Shown piece by piece: positions 9,274-18,234 of a stretch of 64,000 nt of DNA (positions are counted from its first letter, which is position 1; each line of letters starts with the position of its first letter). Source of the stretch: Candidatus Obscuribacteraceae bacterium (GTDB lineage: Bacteria > Cyanobacteriota > Vampirovibrionia > Obscuribacterales > Obscuribacteraceae); contig JBGAHS010000001.1 in NCBI GenBank assembly GCA_044226015.1, positions 352,001-416,000 of the forward strand, read 5' to 3'. Below the pieces are notes generated by a model. It ran no database searches. It saw only the letters and a program-made list of their open reading frames with translations, and was not told where the DNA came from. Position numbers and translations under genes: made by a program.

Positions 9274-11355
9274 ATGGACAGACACTCACCCCGGGACAAT
9301 GAAACGCAATCGCACGAGGTTTCTGGTGCAAGCAAGGAATTCCCATCACAAGTTCGTGGTGAACTACACAATGCTGCTTATGAAGGGGCGATCAAAAATC
9401 TAAAGTGGCGTCCCCAAAATGACCCTGCTAATAAGGTTTTGAGTACACTTTCCTTTATTGATAAATCAGCGATTGTGGCAAAGGAGGGCGGCGCTGCGCT
9501 GAAAGATTCTGTTGTTGATTCTATTGTGGGCGTTCATAACATACATCTTGGTAAAGATGTTGATTTGCCTGTACCTAAGGCACTGGAGACAGTGGCTGCA
9601 GGTGCTGCAATTGGTTTCGCCTCTCGCACACTGCTTCCTCAGCTAGGTGTATTTGGTAAGTTGGGCAATGCTGCGTTGGCAGTGGCTCTTACTGCTCCGG
9701 TGGCAAAGCAGGCTTTTGATGCAGCCAATGAATTCAAGCATGCCAGAATGGAAAATGACCTTCGACATGCTTCACATGAAATGGGCGCAGTAGTTGGTAG
9801 TCTTGCAGCAAGCACACCCCTTGGTATTGCAGGCTTTAGAGCTGGTACTTTAGCTGCTGATCGCGTTCTAGTTTTGCCTTCAATGGCTGAATTCAATTCC
9901 AGCAAGGCTCAAAAATTCGATGCTGTGAATGATTGGATGCGTGAAAGAATAAATGATGGTGCGGCACATGCAAAAAATTTCGCTGTAGGTGAGAGCCGAT
10001 ATCCGGGCTCTCATGGCGTCGCTGAACAGTTCCCGCAAATTACCGATTCCTTGCGCAATGGAATTAAGGGGACTGATTACGCTTTGCCGACAGTCAAGCT
10101 GTCTGAAAATATAGGAAAGGACGCCCGCGTGTTGGTTGTTACAGGTCATGGTGTTGAGGCACCGGAATTTACTGAAGTCGTGAAAGCCATGAAAGGTGCC
10201 GGTGCTGAGGTTACTGTAGCAACTCCAGATTGGACATGGGATTATCAACCAAAAAATCCTGGTAAAGTCACACTGGCTCAATGGTTAGCGAATGACCACG
10301 TTCTGCAGGGCGATATCTCGGTTTCGAATGCGGCCAAGATGATGAGTGAGGGTAAATTTGATGCGATGTATATTCCAGGCGGCGCTGGAAACACTGCGGC
10401 TATAAGAACAGATTCGGCGATTCAAGCTCTAGTCAGGCAGTCACTTCAACAGAAGCTCGACACATGGACAATCTGTCATGGAGGCCAGGTCTTTGTTAGT
10501 GCTTTAGAGAAAAACTCGGGCATTAAGCTAACCGGTTCTGGCGATATAACTGCTCAAGATTTGCCAAACGCAGGTTTCGTTGTTCCGAAGGATCCTGTTG
10601 TGTTTGACTCGACTCATAAAATACTGAGTGGGAAGGATCCAAGTGTCTTGAACGAATTCATCACCGCCATTGGTGACAGATTCAAGAGTATACAAGAACG
10701 GAAACTTAGTCCGGTAGCAGCTGCTCCTAAGCCGTTCTCAACACCAGTTGAGCTGCTGGCGCAATCAATTGCAGAGCGTCCTCCTGTGCCATCGGCTTCA
10801 GAGCTTCGCTACCCTGGAGCAGCGCCAAGTTATCCTCGTGGTCTTCGAGCCGAGTCCTCTGCTGTTTCGGGATATCCAGAAGGGCTGGACAGTTGGAAGA
10901 GAACGGGACCCCGAGATACCGCCGTTGATACCAGTGCTGCGAAGATTCCACAGGGTGATACCAGATATCCTCAAAATAATCCCAACTATCCAAAAGAATT
11001 AGGTGGACCCGGTGCAGCAGCAGAAGTTCCCGTTCCAGCTGTTTCGGGATATCCAGAAGGGTTGGACAGTTGGAAGAGAACGGGACCCCGAGATACCGCC
11101 GTTGATACCAGTGCTGCGAAGATTCCACAGGGTGATACCAGATATCCTCAAAATAATCCCAACTATCCAAAAGAATTAGGTGGACCCGGTGCAGCAGCAG
11201 AAGTTCCTGTTCCAGCTGTTTCGGGATATCCAGAAGGGTTGGACAGTTGGAAGAGAACGGACCCCGAGATACCGCCGTTGATACCAGTGCTGCGAAGATT
11301 CCACAGGCTGATACCAGATATCCTCAAAATAATCCCAACTATCCAAAAGAATTAG
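9274..11355 (+). CDS. Protein with hydrophobic Gly/Ala-rich N-terminal region, DJ-1/PfpI domain and 59-aa C-terminal repeats
   Basis: GVEAPEF, IPGG and ICHG motifs of DJ-1/PfpI; 177-bp tandem repeats at the 3' end. Confidence 0.85.
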   Translation: MDRHSPRDNETQSHEVSGASKEFPSQVRGELHNAAYEGAIKNLKWRPQNDPANKVLSTLSFIDKSAIVAKEGGAALKDSVVDSIVGVHNIHLGKDVDLPVPKALETVAAGAAIGFASRTLLPQLGVFGKLGNAALAVALTAPVAKQAFDAANEFKHARMENDLRHASHEMGAVVGSLAASTPLGIAGFRAGTLAADRVLVLPSMAEFNSSKAQKFDAVNDWMRERINDGAAHAKNFAVGESRYPGSHGVAEQFPQITDSLRNGIKGTDYALPTVKLSENIGKDARVLVVTGHGVEAPEFTEVVKAMKGAGAEVTVATPDWTWDYQPKNPGKVTLAQWLANDHVLQGDISVSNAAKMMSEGKFDAMYIPGGAGNTAAIRTDSAIQALVRQSLQQKLDTWTICHGGQVFVSALEKNSGIKLTGSGDITAQDLPNAGFVVPKDPVVFDSTHKILSGKDPSVLNEFITAIGDRFKSIQERKLSPVAAAPKPFSTPVELLAQSIAERPPVPSASELRYPGAAPSYPRGLRAESSAVSGYPEGLDSWKRTGPRDTAVDTSAAKIPQGDTRYPQNNPNYPKELGGPGAAAEVPVPAVSGYPEGLDSWKRTGPRDTAVDTSAAKIPQGDTRYPQNNPNYPKELGGPGAAAEVPVPAVSGYPEGLDSWKRTDPEIPPLIPVLRRFHRLIPDILKIIPTIQKN

Positions 11356-11359
11356 GTGG
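10861..11359 (+). repeat. Intragenic 177-bp tandem repeat (~2.8 copies at 10861, 11038, 11215)
   Basis: GCTGTTTCGGGATATCCAGAAGGG... recurs at a 177-bp period; the third copy lacks one G. Confidence 0.95.
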
Positions 11360-11393
11360 TCCACGCAAATAGTTTTTTTTCCGAAACGAAACG

Positions 11394-11430
11394 AGAGAAG
11401 GTCCCAGCTTTGGCTGGGACTTTTTCTTTG
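11394..11430 (+). terminator. Intrinsic terminator after the DJ-1 gene
   Basis: AGAAGGTCCCAGC-TTTG-GCTGGGACTTTTTCT hairpin with T tract. Confidence 0.75.
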
Positions 11431-11571
11431 CCTTCTATGGAACTTTTTCCTTGCCTTAAATGGAGTTCGTGCTGTCTGCTCGGCCGACTTGGTAGAGATT
11501 TAAAATACGAAACCCCGCTTTTGGCAGGGTTACGTAAAGGGTAAAGGCTTGGGTTCGTTTGTAGTAATAGA

Positions 11572-11634
11572 TTAGCTGATTGCTAATGCTATCGAAATGT
11601 AGAAGAGAGCAAAATTGTTTGCATGAATCTGCAT
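11572..11634 (-). CDS. Putative 20-aa hydrophobic peptide MQIHANNFALFYISIALAIS, repeat copy 4
   Basis: ATG..TAA, 63 nt, GAGGA upstream. Confidence 0.55.
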   Translation of the reverse strand: MQIHANNFALFYISIALAIS

Positions 11635-11782
11635 TGGTTTCTTCGTTCCTCAGTTGCTAATGGTTTGTCCTTGAATTTGTGCTGGTCCGGTCGGTTGACT
11701 TGGTAGAGATTTAAAATACGAAACCCCGCTTGTGGCAGGGTTCCGTAAAGGGTAAAGGCTTGGGTTCGTTTGTAGTCTAATA

Positions 11783-11845
11783 TTAGGCTGAGCTAAGTAA
11801 TCGAAGTAGGTGTAAGTGAGCAAAATAGCCTGTGTATTTCCACAT
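11783..11845 (-). CDS. Putative 20-aa peptide MWKYTGYFAHLHLLRLLSSA, repeat copy 5
   Basis: ATG..TAA, 63 nt; divergent sequence but same length and FA at residues 8-9. Confidence 0.45.
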   Translation of the reverse strand: MWKYTGYFAHLHLLRLLSSA

Positions 11846-12032
11846 CAGGAGTTAGTAGAAGTATCGCATTGTCCACCCTGAAAGAACTTGTTCGATTAAA
11901 CCTTGCTTTAAACCTCGCGCTATGGAAGCAATGAAACGGTTCCACCGAGCAGTGGGATGCCCTGCCGATAGCTTGAAGTGAATTCAGTTGAGTTAGTGTT
12001 TTACAATAAGGTCTTCATCTCTGGAGCTTGGA

Positions 12033-12461
12033 ATGGAACCACGAATTGATCACATTCAAATTACAGTAAAGGACATTAGCAAAGCTGAGTTGTTTTACGA
12101 CCAGGTGTTACCCTTGCTGGGGTTTGATCCCACTAAAAAGAGCAGCGCCATCCTTGATTCACACGAGTTTCATGTGGTCGAGTGGAAGCACCCTGTGCTT
12201 TGCTTTGCTATTACTTCTCCCCGACAGACTTTTGCCAACGATATTGTAAATCGGAGAAAACCTGGTGCGTTACATCACCTGGCGTTCAAAGCCTCCACTC
12301 GAGCAGAGGTAAATTCAATTTTTGAGAAGCTCAAAAATCTTGGTGTCAATATTGTTAGTGCACCACGAGAGTATCCAGAATATACTCCGGCAGGATACTA
12401 CGCTCTGTTTTTTAAGGATCCCGATGGCATCAAATTTGAGGTCGTAAGCTATCCAACCTGA
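12033..12461 (+). CDS. VOC/glyoxalase family protein
   Basis: IDHIQITV, LHHLAF, YYALFFKDPDGIKFEV. Confidence 0.9.
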   Translation: MEPRIDHIQITVKDISKAELFYDQVLPLLGFDPTKKSSAILDSHEFHVVEWKHPVLCFAITSPRQTFANDIVNRRKPGALHHLAFKASTRAEVNSIFEKLKNLGVNIVSAPREYPEYTPAGYYALFFKDPDGIKFEVVSYPT

Positions 12462-12505
12462 GCATTAGCGACAACCGTCTCGATTTCCTTCCTGTTGAAT
12501 GTCCA

Positions 12506-12674
12506 GGAAAATCTGCGCTTTGAAGTCATTGCCGTGAACACGGAAAATCTTCGATTGCTATGAAAGCACGGAAAATCTCTGCACACGTGTTTTTCTTTTC
12601 CGGAAAATCATCGGGATATCAATTTTCTTTGATCAGATCCATCTCATGATTCAGCCCGACCCGTAAGATTTTCC
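12506..12674. promoter_or_regulatory. Array of GGAAAATC motifs upstream of recN
   Basis: Direct copies at 12506, 12542, 12570 and 12602; inverted copy GATTTTCC at 12667. Confidence 0.45.
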
Positions 12675-12787
12675 GGGAAATGGTATCACTCAAAAATAAT
12701 CTTTATCCATTGGATATATTTTTTGCTGACATTTTTTTTGATGAGGTTATGATTAGTAGTGTTGGCTGATTTGGCTGGTTAAAACTT

Positions 12788-14503
12788 ATGCTTCTAGAGC
12801 TCGAAATTAAAGACTTTGCACTGGTAGAACATGTTCGGGTTCCATTTGCCTGGGGACTGAATGTTCTTACCGGCGAAACTGGCGCTGGAAAATCGATAAT
12901 TATGGATGCACTAAACGCGGTGCTTGGTGGCAAAGTTAGTGCTTCCGTTATCCGACCTCAGGCTGAGCGCGCTAACATCGAAGCGACCTTCAAAGTGACA
13001 CCGGAATTGCTCGGCTGGCTCAAAGAGCATGAGCTTTGTGAAGATGAAGAAGAGACATTCACGCTGAGCAGAGAGATAAGTAAGACTGCTTCGAAGCTCC
13101 GTATAAATGGAACGCTTGTAAACCTCTCTGTTATGGCAGATTTTCGCCAGCGCCTGGTCACAGTTCACGCTCAACATGAATCACGCACGTTGATGTCACC
13201 TCAAGCGCAGTTGGAATTGCTTGATGCTCTTGGAGACACTGAGCACAAGAAAATTCTTACTAAATTGAAAACCGTTTACGCTCGTCGCAAACAATTGGAT
13301 GCAGAACTCGATGAGTTGCGAAAAACAGAAGCTGACCGCGAGCGCCGTCTCGATTTTGCTCGTTTTCAAATGCAAGAGTTAGAGGCTGCTAACTTAGAAG
13401 ACCCCAATGAAGATGAGAGTGTGAACGAGCAGCGAAAGCTGCTTTCGAATGTCTCAGAATTAGAAAACTATCTCTCAAATTCTCAATCGATGCTAAGAGG
13501 GCACGATGGGGATGGTGAGGTTGGTGCTCTTGAACTAATTCAAAAAGCTCTCGCTGAATTGTCTAAGGCTGCCGAATGTGACAGCCGTTTAGTTGAAATG
13601 GAGTCTTCGCTGAATGAAGTTCTTGTTCGGCTTGAAGATGAAAGTCGAGCAATCAGAAAATACCTCGATGCACTGGATAGTGACCCAGAAACTCTTGCTC
13701 AACTAGATGAGCGTGCAGCAATGCTTGCGACAATTAAGCGCAAATACGGACCTGAACTTGCTCAGGCCATCGAGCGTCAGGGAGAGCTAGAAATTGAAAT
13801 TGAAAGGCTTACGAATACTGAGAACGAGATCCATGAGCTAGAATCTGAGCTGAGTTCCACAAATGGTGAACTTCTTGAATTAGCTAAGCTGCTATCCCAA
13901 ATGCGTGGAGTTCTTGCTGCTGATCTCTCACAGAGGATACACAAAGAGCTCAGTGATCTTGGAATGGCGAACTGTCGGTTCGAAGTAACTTTGAGCCGCC
14001 TTGAAGGAGCTGATTCGGAGGGGCTTGTAGGTCCATCGGGATCTGACAAGTGTGAATTTCTGATTTGTCCAAATCCTGGTCAACCTATGTTGCCCCTTGC
14101 AAAAATTGCTTCGGGTGGCGAGTTGAGCAGGGTGATGCTTGCGGTCAAAACCATTTTCGCCGGCGCAGAAAAAGCGTCGACTGTTGTGTTCGACGAGATT
14201 GATACAGGGCTGTCTGGTCGGGTGCTTCAGACCATGCGCGATAAGTTGGCCCGTCTGGCCCTCTCGCAACAGATTTTGTGCGTCACCCATCAGCCCATCA
14301 TTGCTTCAATAGCGGATGCTCACATTTACGTCAGCAAAGAACAAGGGTCGTCAAGCACTAGGACCTCAGTCAATATTTTGGACCAGAATGGCAGGCTCAA
14401 GGCTCTGGCTTCAATGGCTAGCGGACACGAAAACCAAGAAGTCGCACTAAGTTTTGCTCAGTCGCTTTTTGATGAAAGCATGCGTGTGAAAAAGGCTTTC
14501 TAG
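12788..14503 (+). CDS. recN: DNA repair protein RecN
   Basis: LTGETGAGKS Walker A, coiled coil, ASGGELSR signature, VFDEIDTG, VTHQP. Confidence 0.97.
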   Translation: MLLELEIKDFALVEHVRVPFAWGLNVLTGETGAGKSIIMDALNAVLGGKVSASVIRPQAERANIEATFKVTPELLGWLKEHELCEDEEETFTLSREISKTASKLRINGTLVNLSVMADFRQRLVTVHAQHESRTLMSPQAQLELLDALGDTEHKKILTKLKTVYARRKQLDAELDELRKTEADRERRLDFARFQMQELEAANLEDPNEDESVNEQRKLLSNVSELENYLSNSQSMLRGHDGDGEVGALELIQKALAELSKAAECDSRLVEMESSLNEVLVRLEDESRAIRKYLDALDSDPETLAQLDERAAMLATIKRKYGPELAQAIERQGELEIEIERLTNTENEIHELESELSSTNGELLELAKLLSQMRGVLAADLSQRIHKELSDLGMANCRFEVTLSRLEGADSEGLVGPSGSDKCEFLICPNPGQPMLPLAKIASGGELSRVMLAVKTIFAGAEKASTVVFDEIDTGLSGRVLQTMRDKLARLALSQQILCVTHQPIIASIADAHIYVSKEQGSSSTRTSVNILDQNGRLKALASMASGHENQEVALSFAQSLFDESMRVKKAF

Positions 14504-14681
14504 GCTTTTAACGGACCTCTGCGAAGAAAAATTCCTTTTCAGGATTTATTGAACTACACAATTTGATCTCAAAGTTACCTCTGAACCTTTGGGATACAAA
14601 TGTTGCAGCGATCTTATATATGCTTATCATAAAGTTGACAATCATGCTTGAGGTTCAATAAAATCGTCTCTTGGCTCACTT

Positions 14682-14753
14682 TGGGGTGTCGCCAAGTGGT
14701 AAGGCAGCTGGTTTTGGTCCAGCCATTCCGAGGTTCGAATCCTTGCACCCCAG
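14682..14753 (+). tRNA. tRNA-Gln(UUG), CCA not encoded
   Basis: Acceptor stem TGGGGTG/CACCCCA, anticodon arm GCTGG-TTTTGGT-CCAGC, T loop GGTTCGAATCC. Confidence 0.96.
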
Positions 14754-14825
14754 CTCTTCCGCCATTCCGGTGCCAGTAGCCGGACAGGTGGCGGGTTTAA
14801 GCTCATTTCATTTAGAGGATTAGTC

Positions 14826-15404
14826 ATGGAAAGGATCTCGCTGAAGCTCGAAGGTCGTGAACCAAAGAAGCCAAATCAGCTAAGACGTGGTGGAATGATT
14901 CCGGTGACAGTTTATGGTCCCGAAACCAAGGCTGCTTCGTTTCAAGTAGCTCGCGAAACATTTAGTCGTTTGCCCGCAGCAGCTTTCAGTCAGATCGTCG
15001 ACCTCGAAACTCCGAGCGGCGCAGTGAAAGCCCTCATCAGACACGTTCAACGTAAGCACGTCACTAGTGAAGTACTGAACATCGAGTTCTATCAAGTGGC
15101 AAGTAATCGCAAGTTGACCGTGACAGTTCCATTGAAGTTTGTTGGAGTTTCACCAGCCGTTGCTAAAGGCGGACTTCTTGTTGAAATGCAACAGACCGTC
15201 GTTCTGGAATGCCTTCCAGGTGACATTCCTGAGTTTATTCAAGTCGATATCAGCAAGATTGAAGAAATCGATCATGGTATTCACTTCTCAGAATTGAGCA
15301 CCGGTAGTGGTGTCAAAATTCTGAATCCAGCAGAAGAACTTGTTGCTCGTGTTGTTCCGAAGAAGGGTGGCGGCGGCGGAGCTGCTGCACCAGAAAAGAA
15401 ATAA
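14826..15404 (+). CDS. rplY: 50S ribosomal protein L25/Ctc
   Basis: LRRGGMIPVTVYG, VTVPLKFVG, CLPGDIPEFIQVDIS. Confidence 0.93.
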   Translation: MERISLKLEGREPKKPNQLRRGGMIPVTVYGPETKAASFQVARETFSRLPAAAFSQIVDLETPSGAVKALIRHVQRKHVTSEVLNIEFYQVASNRKLTVTVPLKFVGVSPAVAKGGLLVEMQQTVVLECLPGDIPEFIQVDISKIEEIDHGIHFSELSTGSGVKILNPAEELVARVVPKKGGGGGAAAPEKK

Positions 15405-15432
15405 GCGGAATCGCGCAGCAAATGAAATCGAG

Positions 15433-15460
15433 AAACCGTCTCTTCGTGAGGCGGTTTTTT
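15433..15460 (+). terminator. Intrinsic terminator after rplY
   Basis: AAACCGTCTC-TTCGT-GAGGCGGTTTTTT. Confidence 0.8.
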
Positions 15461-15581
15461 GTTTGGCGAATGATTTGTTGCCGCTACAAGTTCTGTGTAA
15501 ACAACGCTGCCCTAGCAACCTTTTTTTGTTATTTCCGGAATTTGCGAGTAGGATTGTATTGGCTCTCTGCCAAGTTCTTTA

Positions 15582-18230
15582 ATGCAATTGATGAACGATT
15601 CAACAGATAACTACGCCTTGAATAAGAATGACTGGGACTACCTCACAAGGGAGTTTGCCAAGTTAGGTGTTGCTATCGAAAGCCAGATTTCAAATGGGGC
15701 AAATTCTCAGCTATTCAAGGCAAGGCAATCAAATTTGCAAAGAGAAGCTGTTGTCAAAGTACTGGCAAACGGACTTTTACCGACTGATGTTGCTTATTTG
15801 CGCTTCCAGGAAGAGTCGAAGATTCTTGGTTCATTGTCTCATGCCAATATTGTTCAGTTGTATGGTGTAGGCCGTCTTCCTGATGGACGTTCATACATGA
15901 TCATGGAGTATCTAGAGGGGAAGACTCTAGAGCAAATTATCGCAAGTGGAGAAGTATTAGATGAGCCTGCAATTCGTGGTTATTGTGCCAACCTCTGTGA
16001 AGCGCTGATCGCGGCTCATCAGCATAAAATCATCCACCGAGATCTGAAGCCTTCAAACGTAGTCATTTCTGATACCGAAAGTGGTGGCAAGATCGCGCGC
16101 CTGATCGATTTTGGAATTTTCAAGAAAACTGACGGCATTGATGGTGGAATGCAACTGACGCAGCTCGGAAGCTTGCCTGGCACACCTAACTACATGAGTC
16201 CAGAACAATGCAGCAAACAAGAAGTGGATGAGCGTTCAGATATTTACTCACTAGGTTGTTTGCTTTATGAACTTATTGCAGGGACGCCGCCGATGAATGC
16301 GGAGACTGACATGGTGATCATGTCTAACCATTTGAACAAGAAGATCACGCATGTTCCATCGAATCGTCCCATATCCTATGAACTAAAAAAGATTGTTTTG
16401 AGATGCCTTGAGAAAGACAAAACTCTGCGTTTTCCTGACGTGCCTGCTCTTATGGAGCAGTTAAATAAAGCATATGATTCCAAGAGTATTGATTATCGTG
16501 CAAAGCATATAGCCTTAGTGGGGCTTGGTTTGCTTGCACTTTTGGCATTTGGATGGTTCGCATTTTCAGTGATTAATGAACGCCGAACCGAACAATACAC
16601 TGCTCGTCGCGTCGATTACTTGTATGTGGATAAGGCTCTCGGGCTGCGCACTCGTGGGTGGGATGAGTTCTATGACAAGCTGAACAAGTTGGATAAGACT
16701 GATGAGGAGAAAGATTCGGCAATGCGTAGATGGGGACTTGACCATATCGAGAATCCAGATACGTGTTTTATCGATTTACAAAAGTCCCGGGTGGTGATGA
16801 AGATTTTGCCGCTCGACTCATTACCAGCCTTGTTAAAGAAAGTAAACGCTCGCTTAGAAGACATCGCAAACAATCCAAACAAAGGTAATTCGCACTTGAA
16901 TGTCCTCTTAAGAGATCCAAAATCACAAGAGCTATTTTGTTTGCTAGATTTGAAGTTCTATGCGGCTTTGCGCGCAAAACTGTTTGCTCAGTGTGTAAGC
17001 GCGGCTGAGCGTATTTACAGCACAAATAGTTTGAATACCTTTTTTGCAAATGAACAATACGCGGCTTACGCTAACGATCTCCTTAAGAATCTTACTGATT
17101 CACAGGAGCCTAGCGATGCTATTTTTCGCCGCCTGCGAAAAGTCCTTAATGACCGAGAAAAAGCGATTAAGCTTGGACTTACTTATGCTGAACTTCTTCG
17201 CAATCAAGAGCGCTTTGCCGTGATAATGCAAGCTTACAATGAGTTGATGGAACAACGGACCATTTCAGATCGTAAGATTCTTGGTTCGATGCTGGCTCTG
17301 CTTACAGAGCAGGGGTACATCAGTGAGGCTGTGGATGTGGTAAAGAAATTTCCTCTGCAACGTGGCGATGAAAATGGTGTTGTGCTGAATTATTTCTATG
17401 TTTTTCTAGCAATCAATGATTTGAAATCGGCCGTTGGTGTTTTAGATATGATCAAGAGCAATGAAGTGTCTGATTCTGAGCAGCAAAAAGTGACTATTCT
17501 GGCCTGCGATCTGCAGCTTGCTGTGGCTAGACGTCAAAACAGTAAAGCAGTAGAAATTGCCAAGAAAATTTTCGAGCAATACGGGAAGCGAATTCTCGAA
17601 ATCACGCCGCTAAAATTTGCGCTCATTCAAGCAGTGCCCTCAAATGGCGCGTTATTGCAACTCTGCGATGATTATTTACGAGATGAGCCACAATCTCTGG
17701 CTATTTTGCACGCTTCCCGAGGGCACACCTTGCGCACCCTGGGTAAGGACAGGGATGCTATTCGCCAGTACGAGCTTTCCCATCATTACTTTGACGTAGA
17801 CAAGCGAGTTTTTGCAGGTCGGCGGAATGTCTATATAGGAGAGTGCGAGTCGTACCTTCACCTTAAAGAGTTCGATAGTGCGAAATCCATTTTTCAAAAA
17901 GCTATTAACTACGGTGATAAGCACGTGACTCCTGATAGGTTCGCATTGGAATCAACCCGGGGGATCATTTCGAGAAGTGAAGGAAAATATGAGGAGGCTG
18001 CTCGCGTTCACGCAGCACTAATGAGGTCTTTTAGCAAAGAAGAAAAGAAGCTTTATTCCGAATTCTATTGCAATATCGTTGGAGAGCTCTGCCTTGATCA
18101 CTACCTGAATAAGAATAGGACTGCGCTGGATTCTGTAATCAAGGACGAAGGACCTTTCCTGAAACAAGCGGGACCTCATGGAACCTATATGATAGGTTAC
18201 ATCAGCGGTATGCTTAAGAACTTGAATTAG
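15582..18230 (+). CDS. Ser/Thr protein kinase with TM helix and helical/TPR-like C-terminal region
   Basis: AVVK, HRDLKPSN, DFG, GTPNYMSPEQ, SDIYSLG; TM segment LVGLGLLALLAFGWFAF. Confidence 0.92.
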   Translation: MQLMNDSTDNYALNKNDWDYLTREFAKLGVAIESQISNGANSQLFKARQSNLQREAVVKVLANGLLPTDVAYLRFQEESKILGSLSHANIVQLYGVGRLPDGRSYMIMEYLEGKTLEQIIASGEVLDEPAIRGYCANLCEALIAAHQHKIIHRDLKPSNVVISDTESGGKIARLIDFGIFKKTDGIDGGMQLTQLGSLPGTPNYMSPEQCSKQEVDERSDIYSLGCLLYELIAGTPPMNAETDMVIMSNHLNKKITHVPSNRPISYELKKIVLRCLEKDKTLRFPDVPALMEQLNKAYDSKSIDYRAKHIALVGLGLLALLAFGWFAFSVINERRTEQYTARRVDYLYVDKALGLRTRGWDEFYDKLNKLDKTDEEKDSAMRRWGLDHIENPDTCFIDLQKSRVVMKILPLDSLPALLKKVNARLEDIANNPNKGNSHLNVLLRDPKSQELFCLLDLKFYAALRAKLFAQCVSAAERIYSTNSLNTFFANEQYAAYANDLLKNLTDSQEPSDAIFRRLRKVLNDREKAIKLGLTYAELLRNQERFAVIMQAYNELMEQRTISDRKILGSMLALLTEQGYISEAVDVVKKFPLQRGDENGVVLNYFYVFLAINDLKSAVGVLDMIKSNEVSDSEQQKVTILACDLQLAVARRQNSKAVEIAKKIFEQYGKRILEITPLKFALIQAVPSNGALLQLCDDYLRDEPQSLAILHASRGHTLRTLGKDRDAIRQYELSHHYFDVDKRVFAGRRNVYIGECESYLHLKEFDSAKSIFQKAINYGDKHVTPDRFALESTRGIISRSEGKYEEAARVHAALMRSFSKEEKKLYSEFYCNIVGELCLDHYLNKNRTALDSVIKDEGPFLKQAGPHGTYMIGYISGMLKNLN

Positions 18231-18234
18231 CCGG

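Larger units (their letters stand above)
11486..11845. repeat. Second locus of the same repeat family (66-bp cores at 11499 and 11710, period 211 bp)
   Basis: Same core as at 3960-4588; both copies are preceded by GACTTGGTAGAGA. Confidence 0.95.

Noticed and set aside
11356..11544. 62-aa plus-strand ORF
   Set aside because: It runs through a terminator and into the repeat core; likely spurious.
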